DNA from: Planctomycetaceae bacterium
GTDB taxonomy: Bacteria; Planctomycetota; Planctomycetia; Pirellulales; Pirellulaceae
Reading direction: 5' to 3'
Assembly: GCA_012729315.1 (NCBI GenBank)
Contig: JAAYDI010000004.1
Span: forward strand, 42,239-106,238
Length of the DNA: 64,000 nt
The notes beneath the pieces were generated by a model, which had not been told where the DNA came from, ran no database searches, and worked only from the letters and a program-made list of their open reading frames with translations. A program made the translations under genes and the position numbers. Positions 1-9,391 of the stretch are shown here, one piece after another (position 1 is the stretch's first letter; the number at the start of each line of letters is the position of its first letter).

Positions 1-879
1 TTCTACGGCCTGCTGCGCGGCACGGAGCGGTTGCCGTCGGCGCGCCAACTCGCCTCGCTCGTCGTGGCGTCACTCATCTGCCAACTGCTGGGCAACGTGG
101 TTTTCCAGTGGTCGTTGGGCGTTGTGGGCATGGCCTTGACCGTGCCGCTGTGTCTGGGAACCCAGATCGTGTCAGGGGCCATCATGGGCCGGATGGTCCT
201 CCACGAACCGGTGACGATCCGGATGGCCATCTCGACTGTCGTCCTGATCGGGGCCATCTCGGTGCTGTCGCTGGGGGCCGGCGATGCATCGCGATCGGTG
301 GCCGTCGCGCAACCGCCGTCACTCTGGCTGGTTGCCGCCGGTGTCGGTGCCGCCTGCCTGTCGGGGATGTCCTACGCGCTGCTGGGTGTGGCCATCCGCT
401 ACGCGGTCACCGACCGGATATCCATTCCCCTGACGCTGGTCTGCGTGACGCTGACCGGGGTGATTGCGCTGGGGGTGGTGACCTTGCTGCGGATCGGCCT
501 GGCCGGCATGTTGGCCACGCAGCCACACCAGTTCTGGACCATGATGCTGGCCGGGTTCTTCAACGCCGTGGCCTTTCTGGCGCTCACCAAATCTCTGCAG
601 TTGATCCCGGTGCTGTACGTCAACGCGCTGAGCTCCTCACAGGCTGCGATGGCCGCTGTGGTCGGGATCCTGGTCTTCGCCGAAAGCTCGTCCTCGACAC
701 TCTGGCTCGGAGTGACCATGACAATCGTCGGGCTGTTCATGATGCAACGCAAGTCGGCCCACCGAAATCACCAGGTCGGACCAGACGAGGACGCTGCCAC
801 TACAGGCCGGCCCGCGCTGCGACAGGCTGACGCAGTCGGAGCGATTCAGCGCCCCAGCGACCGGCGAATCGAGCCGTAG
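1..879 (+). CDS. DMT/EamA-like membrane permease, 5' partial (reading frame open to window start)
   Basis: Frame 1 is open from nt 1 to the stop at 879. The product has about 9 hydrophobic helices and a C-terminal segment (FNAVAFLALTKSLQLIPVLYVNAL...VGILVFAESSS) typical of EamA/DMT repeats. Confidence 0.55.
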   Translation, partial: FYGLLRGTERLPSARQLASLVVASLICQLLGNVVFQWSLGVVGMALTVPLCLGTQIVSGAIMGRMVLHEPVTIRMAISTVVLIGAISVLSLGAGDASRSVAVAQPPSLWLVAAGVGAACLSGMSYALLGVAIRYAVTDRISIPLTLVCVTLTGVIALGVVTLLRIGLAGMLATQPHQFWTMMLAGFFNAVAFLALTKSLQLIPVLYVNALSSSQAAMAAVVGILVFAESSSSTLWLGVTMTIVGLFMMQRKSAHRNHQVGPDEDAATTGRPALRQADAVGAIQRPSDRRIEP

Positions 880-1056
880 GTGGAGTATTCCCGGAACCGA
901 GCCTCGAGTTCCTCCAGTTGGCCATCGATCCACTGGCAGAACTCCTCGGCCCGCAGCTGGTCCAGCAGCGCGTGACCACTCTTCAGAGCGGTGTCGTCAA
1001 GTTCGGCAACGAGCGCGGTAGTCGACCAGGGGTTGGACAGAGATTTGGCAGTTCTC
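846..1056 (-). CDS. hypothetical small protein (70 aa); the alternative 208-aa ORF runs to 1472 and would read the C12 tract as PPPP
   Basis: Internal ATG at 1056 with a weak GGAG 10 nt upstream. The composition is mixed rather than Arg/Ala-rich. No recognisable motif. Confidence 0.2.
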
Positions 1057-1392
1057 ATCGGTCGCTCGCTCCACAACGCGGTTGCAGCGGCCGATTGAGG
1101 TTGGGCGGCCGCATCGGGAGGGAGCAGGTGCATTTCCTGTGCCAATGACCAGGGAAGAACAGTCGCCTTTGTGGTAAACGCTAATTGTCGATGGACTTGC
1201 GATTTTCTCTGGATTCCCTTCCAGAGCTGACGCGGCGATCGCATGGGCAAATTGTGTAGCAATTCTGCCTCACTGCCGCCATCAAACCGAACAGCGCGGC
1301 TGTCGTTGATATTGATCGGTTGGGCGCCGGGCCAGTTTCGAGATGTCTGTGCGGTCGCCGTTAGACTTTGTCCCGCTTCCTGCCGGGCCTCC

Positions 1393-1404
1393 GGGGGGGG
1401 GGGG
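1393..1404. repeat. homopolymeric G12 tract (C12 on minus strand)
   Basis: Direct read: ccgggggggggggggcgg. It lies in the 500-bp gap upstream of the 1589 gene. Confidence 0.9.
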
Positions 1405-1588
1405 CGGTCCACGTCCTGCGAAGAAACATACAAAGTATACAAAGGTCGCCGGCCTCCAAATAAATGGCTCAAGCGGGCGAATACCTCCGGTGTAAGCAGC
1501 GCATCGGCAGCGTCGCTAAACGGGATGGACGCTCGACAGACGTTCGCTAATCCGCGGTACAGACATACGATACGAGGAGGGTGAAAGA

Positions 1589-2407
1589 ATGGTGAAAAAA
1601 ACGTTGTTTCTGGGGGCTGCCGCGCTGTTGCTGGCTGGTTTGTTCTGTGGTCGCGGGGCTTGGAGCTACGTCACTACCGTGATGGAGCGCATGCATCACC
1701 AGGTGAAGAGCAACGTGCCGGTGAAGTTCGAGATTGACCGGGCGCGGGGGATGATCAAGGAACTGAGTCCCGAAATCGAACGGAACATGCACTTGATTGC
1801 CCGGGAAGAAGTGGAGATCGCGAAGCTGGAGCGGGAACTGGAGCAGAACGAAAAGCAGTTGGCCAAGTCTCAGGATGAGATCCTGCGGCTCAAAAGCGAC
1901 CTGGAGTCGGGAAACAGCCAGTTCGTCTACGCCGGGCGCAGCTATTCCGCGAGTGAAGTCAAGACCGACCTGGCCAACCGTTTCGCGCACCACAGAACGG
2001 CGGAGGCGACGATCGACCAGCTGCAGAAGATCCTGCGGGTGCGCCAGAACGGGCTGAAAGCTGCGCGGGACAAGCTGGAGGGCATGCTGGCGGCCAAACG
2101 CCAACTGACGGTGGAGATTGAGAACCTGGAAGCCCGCCTGAAGATGGTGGAGGTCGCGCAGACGACCAGCCAGTTCAACTTCGACGACAGTCAACTGGCC
2201 CGGACGCGGGACCTGATCAACGAGATCAGCACCCGGCTGGACGTGACGGAAAAGATGATGAGTCAGCAGGTGGAGCTGAGTGATCGCATTCCGCTGGAAG
2301 AGGATGACGCGGACGCCGAGAATGTGGTGGACGCTGTCACGAAGTATTTTGGTTGCACCGCCGCGCACGACCAGATGGCGGGCCTGGCGAACGCGGAGGC
2401 ACATTGA
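1589..2407 (+). CDS. membrane-anchored coiled-coil protein (hypothetical)
   Basis: GAGGAGGG Shine-Dalgarno 8 nt before the start. N-terminal hydrophobic helix (LFLGAAALLLAGLFCG), then about 200 aa of heptad-like, E/K/L/Q-rich sequence. Confidence 0.6.
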   Translation: MVKKTLFLGAAALLLAGLFCGRGAWSYVTTVMERMHHQVKSNVPVKFEIDRARGMIKELSPEIERNMHLIAREEVEIAKLERELEQNEKQLAKSQDEILRLKSDLESGNSQFVYAGRSYSASEVKTDLANRFAHHRTAEATIDQLQKILRVRQNGLKAARDKLEGMLAAKRQLTVEIENLEARLKMVEVAQTTSQFNFDDSQLARTRDLINEISTRLDVTEKMMSQQVELSDRIPLEEDDADAENVVDAVTKYFGCTAAHDQMAGLANAEAH

Positions 2408-2530
2408 GCGGATGCCCGGGTCCAGGGGCTCAGGCGTTATGTCTGAGCCCTTTTTGGTTGTTGGCGTCGAGCGCCGAGTGACGGGCGTCCGTAGGGGCTG
2501 TGCGAACTCAGACGGGTGTGGGCGGGAGCC

Positions 2531-3550
2531 ATGTTTCAAGGTTGGCGATTGCGACTACGCGAAGCCGAGGAAGCAGCAGACCAGGGCCAACTGGAGGAAG
2601 CCTGCCAGTTGCTCCTGCAGAGTGATCTTCGGCAGTATCTTCCCGGCAAGCGACTGAGCGCCCGTGTCGCCGGCGAACTGGCTGAGCGTGGCCGCCGCCG
2701 CGTCATTCAGGGCAACCTGTCGGCAGGCTGGCAGGACCTGCAGGCCGCCCGATCGCTGGCGGGGGACATCAGCGCGGTGCTGGCAGCCCGGGAGGAAATC
2801 GTCGCGCTGACGCTGAGCGAGGCGGAGAGTCAGGTGGAGAACGGCGATCCGGCGCGCGCCATCGCGTTGCTCGAGGCACTCGAGCGGATGCTGGTTCAGG
2901 ACGAGCCGCTGCGGTGGCTCAAGGAAGTTGCCCGGCGGTTGGAATCAGCACGCCTGGCCCTGCGCGGCCGCCGGTTCCTGCTCTGGGTCGACGGGGTGGG
3001 GGGCTACCTGGTGTGCCTGGGTAACGAGGTGATTCTGGGACAGGCATGTCCCGGCTGTCGTGTGGAGATCCCGATCCAGGCCGATCTGTCGCGTCGACAC
3101 GCCACTATTGTGCGGCAGGGTGACGGGTATGTGATCGAGCCGTGGCAGGCGACCCGCATCAACGGCCAGACGATTCACGGCATGACGCTGCTGAGCGACC
3201 AGGACGAGATCGCGCTGGGGCAGACCGTGCGTCTGTGTTTCCGGCAGCCCCACGCGCTGAGCGCCTCCGCCCGCCTGGACTTCGTCAGCCACCACCGCAC
3301 CGCCCCCTCGGCTGACGGCGTGCTGCTGATGGCCGAATCGTGTGTGCTTGGGCCGAAATGGCAGAACCATGTCGTTTGCCGGGACTGGCAGGGTGACGTG
3401 GTGCTGTATCGTCGCGATGGCGATCTGTGCTGCCGGGCGATGGAAGCGATTGAGATTGACGGGCGTCTGTGCGACGGACGAGGGCAGCTCCACCAGAACT
3501 CGCACGTTACCGGCAGCGACTTCTCCATGAGCCTGGAGGAGCTGCCGTGA
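2531..3550 (+). CDS. FHA domain-containing protein
   Basis: FHA signature: ILGQ...DLSRRHATIVRQGDGYVIEP...TRINGQ. Start ambiguous (GTG 2516 or ATG 2531). Immediately upstream of a Ser/Thr kinase. Confidence 0.7.
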   Translation: MFQGWRLRLREAEEAADQGQLEEACQLLLQSDLRQYLPGKRLSARVAGELAERGRRRVIQGNLSAGWQDLQAARSLAGDISAVLAAREEIVALTLSEAESQVENGDPARAIALLEALERMLVQDEPLRWLKEVARRLESARLALRGRRFLLWVDGVGGYLVCLGNEVILGQACPGCRVEIPIQADLSRRHATIVRQGDGYVIEPWQATRINGQTIHGMTLLSDQDEIALGQTVRLCFRQPHALSASARLDFVSHHRTAPSADGVLLMAESCVLGPKWQNHVVCRDWQGDVVLYRRDGDLCCRAMEAIEIDGRLCDGRGQLHQNSHVTGSDFSMSLEELP

Positions 3551-3684
3551 ACGACCACGATTGCAGTCGCAAGCCGGGAGAAACTGGACAGATGCATGAA
3601 CGAGCCGCTACTCTAGAACAAGGCGGCCAGCACTGGGAGCAGACGGCTGCCCGGCAATCACCTTATTCGGCGGGGGGCGGTCCG

Positions 3685-5685
3685 ATGAAGTTCATCTACG
3701 CATCCGGTGCGCGCCCCTTGGAGGGATACACCATCAAGCGGGGCGTCGGGATCGGTGGCTTTGGCGAGGTGTATTTTGCCACCAGCGACGCGGGCAAGGA
3801 GGTGGCGCTCAAACGCATCCAGCGGAATCTGGAGGTAGAGATCCGGGGGGTCACGCAGTGCCTGAACCTGAAGCACCCCAATCTCATCTCCGTTTACGAC
3901 ATCCGATACGATGATCTGGGTGAAGGCTGGGTTGTGATGGAGTACGTGTCGGGGGAGAGCCTCAAGGACGTGATCGATCACCATCCCCAGGGCATGCCGC
4001 TCGAGCAAGTGAAGCTCTGGTTCGGCGGGATCGCGGCCGGCGTGGCCTACCTGCACGACCACGGCATCGTCCACCGCGACCTCAAACCGGGCAACATCTT
4101 CCGGGACGAGGGGGTGGTGAAGATCGGTGACTACGGACTGTCCAAGTTCATTTCCTGCAGTCGCCGCAGCGGCCAGACCGAGAGCGTCGGGACATTTCAC
4201 TACATGGCGCCCGAGATCGGCAAGGGGGTCTACGGCAAGGAGATCGACATCTATGCGCTCGGGATCATCCTCTGCGAAATGCTGACCGGCCGCGTCCCGT
4301 TTGAGGGCGAGAGCAGTCAGGAAATCATCATGAAGCACCTCACGGCGGACCCCGATCTGAGCCTGGTTCCGCCGCGTTTCCACCGTGTGATCGAACGGGC
4401 GTTGTTCAAGGATCCTGCCAAGCGGTATCGCAATGTTGGGGACATGCTGCGGGCGATGCAGTTCGAAGGCGAACCCGTGGCGCCGACGGTGGAGCCGGCG
4501 TGTTGTCCGCCCCCCATCCCACCTGTCGCCGTGGCTCCGCCGGTAGCCAGTCCGTCGTCGCCGCGATTTGTCAGCGACGAGGGGCTTGCCTCCGACGAGA
4601 TCGTGTTCGGCCCGGTGGTCGAAGTCGTGTCGGCCGGGGTGGAGAAGCCGCCGGTGGTCGTCGCGGCCGCGCCGGGAGGCGAGCCGATTGCCGCCGCGGT
4701 GGGTGCCGGGTATCAGCGATTCACGCAGTGGTGGAATACGGCGAATCTCCACTGGTCGGTCAAGCTGGGCCTGGTGGTCGGTGCCGTCCTGCTGCTGGCG
4801 CTCAACTCGGAGTGGCTCGTGCCGACGGCGATCGTGTTGGGCGTGATCTATCTCGTATACTCGGGCACGCGGACGGTGGCGGTTGGTGGAGCGGCCGGTG
4901 CTCGCGCGCCAGAGACCACTGATCAGGCAACCGACCGACCAGTGGCCGACACACAACCGCGCCGGCGGCGGCGTCATCCCCCGCGCGTGTACTGGCGTGA
5001 TCAGGCGCGCGAAAGCCTGCGACGCAAACCGCTCGGCCAACGGCTGGCCGAATTGACAGGATCGTTCCTCATGTCCGCCATCGTCTCGGCCGTCCTGGGG
5101 CTGGTCATCCTGGTGGCCGGCGGCCGGCGGCTGGACGCATCCGTCGACACCTGGACCTTCTTTACGTGGTTCACGGTGTCGAGCATCGCCGGCGCCTGGA
5201 TCGTGCTGGGCCTGGCCAAATTCTGGGAAGGGCACGAAGGGGACGATACCCTGCGGCGCTTCGTGCTGCTGGTGGCCGGCCTGGTGGTTGGTGTGGTGGC
5301 GTTCGCGGCCTGCGAAGCGCTCCTGGTGCGCCTGTCGACCAACGAAATGTTCAATGTGCTCGAACTCCCGCCGCACCTGATCCCCCGGGACCTCTATGCC
5401 CACGATGGCTCCGTCGGCCTGACCCCGTTCCTGGCCTTCTTCGCCACCCTGTTTCCGATGATCCGGTGGTGGCGTCAGGTCGATCCCCTGCGGAAGACGC
5501 GGTTCAGCCTGTGGGCGACCGCTCTCTGCGCCCTGGTCGCGATGCTGATCCCCTGGCAAATCCCCTGGGGATTCACGCTGGCGATCACCACATCCGTGGC
5601 GGTGCAGCTGTCGGCTCCCTGGATGGCGGCGAGCGAGCGAGCCCGTTTCCGGCACGACGCCTCCGAGGCGTGGAGAGGACGATGA
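3685..5685 (+). CDS. Ser/Thr protein kinase with C-terminal polytopic membrane domain
   Basis: Hanks kinase motifs: GxGxFGEV, VALK, HRDLKPGNI, DYG, MAPE. The C-terminal half carries at least 6 predicted TM helices. Alternative start at 3592. Confidence 0.8.
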   Translation: MKFIYASGARPLEGYTIKRGVGIGGFGEVYFATSDAGKEVALKRIQRNLEVEIRGVTQCLNLKHPNLISVYDIRYDDLGEGWVVMEYVSGESLKDVIDHHPQGMPLEQVKLWFGGIAAGVAYLHDHGIVHRDLKPGNIFRDEGVVKIGDYGLSKFISCSRRSGQTESVGTFHYMAPEIGKGVYGKEIDIYALGIILCEMLTGRVPFEGESSQEIIMKHLTADPDLSLVPPRFHRVIERALFKDPAKRYRNVGDMLRAMQFEGEPVAPTVEPACCPPPIPPVAVAPPVASPSSPRFVSDEGLASDEIVFGPVVEVVSAGVEKPPVVVAAAPGGEPIAAAVGAGYQRFTQWWNTANLHWSVKLGLVVGAVLLLALNSEWLVPTAIVLGVIYLVYSGTRTVAVGGAAGARAPETTDQATDRPVADTQPRRRRRHPPRVYWRDQARESLRRKPLGQRLAELTGSFLMSAIVSAVLGLVILVAGGRRLDASVDTWTFFTWFTVSSIAGAWIVLGLAKFWEGHEGDDTLRRFVLLVAGLVVGVVAFAACEALLVRLSTNEMFNVLELPPHLIPRDLYAHDGSVGLTPFLAFFATLFPMIRWWRQVDPLRKTRFSLWATALCALVAMLIPWQIPWGFTLAITTSVAVQLSAPWMAASERARFRHDASEAWRGR

Positions 5686-5686
5686 C

Positions 5687-6751
5687 ATGGCTGCGATCCC
5701 GATTCTCGCGCTGTGCGCAGCAGTGGTGATCAGCGTGGTGGCGGCCGAGCGATCGGCGCGGGCCGGCCTTCGTTGCCGCGCAATGTGCCTGAACCTGTGT
5801 GGCCTCGGCTGCCTCGGAGTGGGCCTGATGACCCTGTTTGCCTGGTGTCACAGCGGCACGCTCGTCATGCGGCAGGTCGCGATGGCACAGCAGACGCACA
5901 CCGATGCCGACTCCTTGATGCGGCTGTATGTCGCGGGTACAGACGAGGGTGCAGACGCGGAGCCCGCTCTGCAGAACCTGCCGGAGCAGCCGGCAGAATC
6001 CAGTGCGGAATCCAGTGCGGAATCCAGTGCGGAATCACCGGCCTCATCCGCCGCGCCCGATACGGCGGGTGGGAGCGAGACGCCGGCCGAGGCGGACGAG
6101 CTGCCGGCGGAGGTGGAGGATCAGGAACCGGGGGGACAGCTGGAGGCCGATGACGGGCTGCCGGACCCTGAAGCGTCCGGGGTGCAGATTGACTTCGCGG
6201 CGCGCCCCGAGTGGGTTGACTGCGAGCCGCGCGATGCCGGTGCCGTGCACCAGGTTTCAGTCTGTTCGGGTCCGTATCGCACGCAGCCGCAGGCGCGCAG
6301 GGAACTCGGCGGCCAGCTGAAGGTGGCGACCGACGAGCACATCAACGAGCTGCTGGGCCGGTCCACGGCCGCGTGCTGGATCGCGTTCGACGAGTCCTGC
6401 ATTCTTCAGACGCTGGTGTCGCCCGGCAACATTTACGACGAGAAAGTGGTTTCGCCGTCCGTGGGGGTCATGTATCAGTCCCACGCCCTGCTCGAATTCG
6501 GTCCGGAGTTTCAGCGGGACATCGAGGAGTCCTGGCGGCAGATTGTGGCGCGGGCCCGGCTGGTCAAGTTTGCGCTGGCCGCGGCTGCGGTACTGGGCAG
6601 CCTGGCGCTGCTGCTGGGCTACTTCCAGGCGGACACTGCCACGCGGGGCTTCTACACGGGGCGCTTGAAGTTCGCCACGCTTGTGGCGATACTGGGATTG
6701 ATCGTGTCCGGCATGCTGGTGGCCCGATCAATTCCGTGGCTCTGGCTCTAA
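5687..6751 (+). CDS. membrane protein with acidic (AESS)n repeat, hypothetical
   Basis: ATG lies 1 nt after the kinase stop (coupled). N- and C-terminal TM helices. The acidic central region contains AESSAESSAESSAES. Confidence 0.5.
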   Translation: MAAIPILALCAAVVISVVAAERSARAGLRCRAMCLNLCGLGCLGVGLMTLFAWCHSGTLVMRQVAMAQQTHTDADSLMRLYVAGTDEGADAEPALQNLPEQPAESSAESSAESSAESPASSAAPDTAGGSETPAEADELPAEVEDQEPGGQLEADDGLPDPEASGVQIDFAARPEWVDCEPRDAGAVHQVSVCSGPYRTQPQARRELGGQLKVATDEHINELLGRSTAACWIAFDESCILQTLVSPGNIYDEKVVSPSVGVMYQSHALLEFGPEFQRDIEESWRQIVARARLVKFALAAAAVLGSLALLLGYFQADTATRGFYTGRLKFATLVAILGLIVSGMLVARSIPWLWL

Positions 6752-6807
6752 CCCTGACTCGTTGTCTCGCGGTAATGCAGGGCCCCTTTCGGCCTTGGAC
6801 TGCCGCC

Positions 6808-7458
6808 ATGTCTATGCCCGGCGCAACCGACAGTGACGCGTTGCTGGTGCAGCGCATCCGCGATGGTGACACAGACGCCTGGAGCGATTTGATTTCCCGT
6901 TACGAGGGGCGGCTGCTGGCGTTCGTCGAGAGCCGCATCGGGCACCGCGGTGCCAGCGAAGACATCGTGCAGGAGGCGTTTATCGGATTCCTGAACAGCC
7001 TTCCCAACTACGATGGTCGCCGGCCTCTGGAGAGCTATCTGTTCTCCATCTGTGCCTACAAGCTGACCGACTACCTGCGCCGCGAGGGGCGCCGGCCCAG
7101 CGTGCCCTTGTCGGCCGGGTCCGATTCTGGCGGGGGCTGGCAGCTGGCTGGCAAAGCGCGGGCTGCCAGCAGCATCGCGCGCAGCGGCGAACGTCGCGGT
7201 CTGGAGGAGAAGGCGATTGTGACGGCGCTGCGCGAGCAGATCGCGCGCTGGCAGAAACGGGGCGACTGGACCAAACTCAAGTGCACGGAACTGCTATTCG
7301 TGCGCGGCTGGGCCAACAAGGTGGTGGCGGCCCACCTGGAGATCACCGAACAGCAGGTGGCCAACTTCAAGTTCGACTTCCTGGCTCGGCTCCGCGCACT
7401 GATCCGCCGCCAGGGGCTGTCGGAAGACGTCTTTCCCGAACTGTACCAAGAGGAGTAG
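6808..7458 (+). CDS. ECF-type RNA polymerase sigma factor (sigma-70 family)
   Basis: Region 2 (LLAFVESRIG...DIVQEAFIGFL...YLFSICAYKLTDYLRR) and a region-4-like HTH near the C-terminus. About 216 aa. Confidence 0.8.
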   Translation: MSMPGATDSDALLVQRIRDGDTDAWSDLISRYEGRLLAFVESRIGHRGASEDIVQEAFIGFLNSLPNYDGRRPLESYLFSICAYKLTDYLRREGRRPSVPLSAGSDSGGGWQLAGKARAASSIARSGERRGLEEKAIVTALREQIARWQKRGDWTKLKCTELLFVRGWANKVVAAHLEITEQQVANFKFDFLARLRALIRRQGLSEDVFPELYQEE

Positions 7459-7539
7459 CCGCGCCGTGGCGAGCGGAGACGCGGGCAGACCGGTGCCCCC
7501 CGCAGCACGCCGGGACTTCGTGCGAGGTGAAGCAGGCCC

Positions 7540-7947
7540 ATGACACGCTCGTTGACCGATGCTGACCTGGAGGCCTACCTGGACGAGGCCCTCGCGCCGT
7601 CGGAAATGGCGGCCATCGAGGCCGAGTTGCGCAGCCACCCCCACCTGCTGAAACAGCTGGCCAGGATCCACGGCCGGCGCGATGCCGGCCTGCACTCGCT
7701 GGGAGAAATCTGGCGCCGGCATCGCCTCAGCTGCCCCACCCGCCAGCAGATGGGCAGCTTCCTGCTCGGTGTCCTCGACGACGAACAGGCAGCTTATATC
7801 CGGTTCCATCTGGAAGTGGTCGCGTGCCGACTCTGCCATGCCAACATGGAAGACCTGCGGCAGCGGCAGGCCGAGTCCGACGAGGCCACCGTCGTGCGCC
7901 GCAAGAAGTACTTCAATTCCAGCGCCGGATACCTCCAACGCCCCTGA
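7540..7947 (+). CDS. putative cytoplasmic zinc-finger anti-sigma factor
   Basis: Lies 80 bp downstream of the ECF sigma gene. H-x5-C-x2-C-H motif (HLEVVACRLCH). No TM helix. Confidence 0.55.
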   Translation: MTRSLTDADLEAYLDEALAPSEMAAIEAELRSHPHLLKQLARIHGRRDAGLHSLGEIWRRHRLSCPTRQQMGSFLLGVLDDEQAAYIRFHLEVVACRLCHANMEDLRQRQAESDEATVVRRKKYFNSSAGYLQRP

Positions 7948-7987
7948 CGGTCGGGCGCAGGACCCGGACCCTCGGCCACCGCACGGC

Positions 7988-9391
7988 TCACAGCAGGTGG
8001 CGGGCCTTGATGTCCAGGTAGCGATTCACGAGCGGGGCGGTCAGGTCTTCGGGGAACGCATCCAGCACCAGTACGCCCTGGTGTTCCAGGTCGCTCAGCA
8101 GCTCGTGCCTCCAGCTCAGGATGCCGGCTGCCGCCGCTGCGCGATAAAGCCCCGGCCCCTCCGTGGCACCTGACTCGGCCACGCGGAACAGCTCGCGATC
8201 GCGCAGCAACACGCACACAGGCAGGTGGCGCCCGAGCTGTGCGTACAGGTAGCGTTTCACCTGCAGGCTGTTGACCTCGTCAATCAGATGACTGACGAGC
8301 ACGACCAGGGCGCGTTTGCGGAACCGGGTGGCCAGGTGCAGAAACGCGAGGTCATAGCGGGATTCCACCAGCTGTGGGAAGCGGTCGAACGACGCGTGCA
8401 GCAGCCGGTTCATCTGGCTCATCCCGCCGCGCGCCGGAACGGACTTGTGAATCCGATCAGAGAAGCAGACCAGGCCGACGGCATCCCCCTGGCGCAGCGC
8501 CACATAGGCGAGCATGAGCGTGGCGTTCAGGGCGTGATCCAGCAGGCTCAAGCCGGTCGACTCGCTGTGCATCAAGCGGCCGCAATCGAGCAGCAGTACG
8601 ATCCGCTGGCTCTGGCTGGTCTGATATTCCTTGACCGTCAGCTTGTTCCGCCGCGCGGTGGCCCGCCAGTCGATGTGTTTGTAGTTGTCGTCGGGCGTGT
8701 AATCCCGCAGTCGCTCGAAATCGTGGTCCTGGCCGACCGTGCGGCTGTGACGCACCCCCATCAGACTCAGGCGGTTCGTGCGGGCCAGCAGCGCGTATTT
8801 TCTCAGCTGCACCAGGTTGGGATACACGTGCACCTGCGACGTGACCGGGCACGACACATGGCGTTTCCAGCATCCCCACCGGCTACGCACACACAGGTGA
8901 ACCCACGCCAGTGTCAGCACGCCGCGGCGGGACGGCGTGAGTCGATACGACAGCGTAATGCGGCTGCGCCCCTGCATGCTCAGCACAAACTCGGCCGGCG
9001 CGGCTGCACACGATTCCGGTACATCGTCCCGGATCCACAGGTGGGCGCGCCGCGCGGCGTGGTAGAGTACGGTCAGCTGAACGTGATGCGGATTGTTGAG
9101 CGAGGCGACACGCTCCGTTTCTCGCTGCGCGAAGAAGGCGCGCGCCCGCGGCAGGGTGCACAGGTCAACCAGCGCCAGCCCGACAACAGCTGCGTCGACG
9201 AGCACGACGACCAGCAGAAACTCGGGCAGTACCACTGGCACCAGGGCGAGCAGGCAAGGGACTGTCAGCAGCGCCATCAGCGCCGTGTGGGGATACACCC
9301 GGCGGCGCGCCAGCAGGACCAGCGGCAGCGCCGCGAGGGCGGTGAGCAGTACCAGATGCAGCGCCAGCCTGTCGAGCAGTTCACGGATCAC
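7988..9391 (-). CDS. DUF58 domain protein (MoxR partner) with N-terminal TM helices
   Basis: DUF58 core: DFERLRDYTPDDNYKHIDWRATARRNKLTVKEYQ...IVLLLD. 4-nt overlap with the moxR stop. Confidence 0.8.
   Translation of the reverse strand: MIRELLDRLALHLVLLTALAALPLVLLARRRVYPHTALMALLTVPCLLALVPVVLPEFLLVVVLVDAAVVGLALVDLCTLPRARAFFAQRETERVASLNNPHHVQLTVLYHAARRAHLWIRDDVPESCAAAPAEFVLSMQGRSRITLSYRLTPSRRGVLTLAWVHLCVRSRWGCWKRHVSCPVTSQVHVYPNLVQLRKYALLARTNRLSLMGVRHSRTVGQDHDFERLRDYTPDDNYKHIDWRATARRNKLTVKEYQTSQSQRIVLLLDCGRLMHSESTGLSLLDHALNATLMLAYVALRQGDAVGLVCFSDRIHKSVPARGGMSQMNRLLHASFDRFPQLVESRYDLAFLHLATRFRKRALVVLVSHLIDEVNSLQVKRYLYAQLGRHLPVCVLLRDRELFRVAESGATEGPGLYRAAAAAGILSWRHELLSDLEHQGVLVLDAFPEDLTAPLVNRYLDIKARHLL

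Noticed and set aside
1393-1404. G12 tract as a genuine regulatory G-quadruplex
   Set aside because: A single run cannot form an intramolecular quadruplex without partner G-runs. Slippage or sequencing artefact is the simpler reading.
3658-5688. 676-aa minus-strand ORF antisense to the Ser/Thr kinase; similar long antisense ORFs at 9484-10437, 12580-14316, 26668-28557, 31197-32534, 47187-48842 and 58442-60130
   Set aside because: These are shadow ORFs expected at 65% GC. The products are Arg/Gly/His-rich and low-complexity, while the opposite strands encode clearly recognisable conserved proteins.
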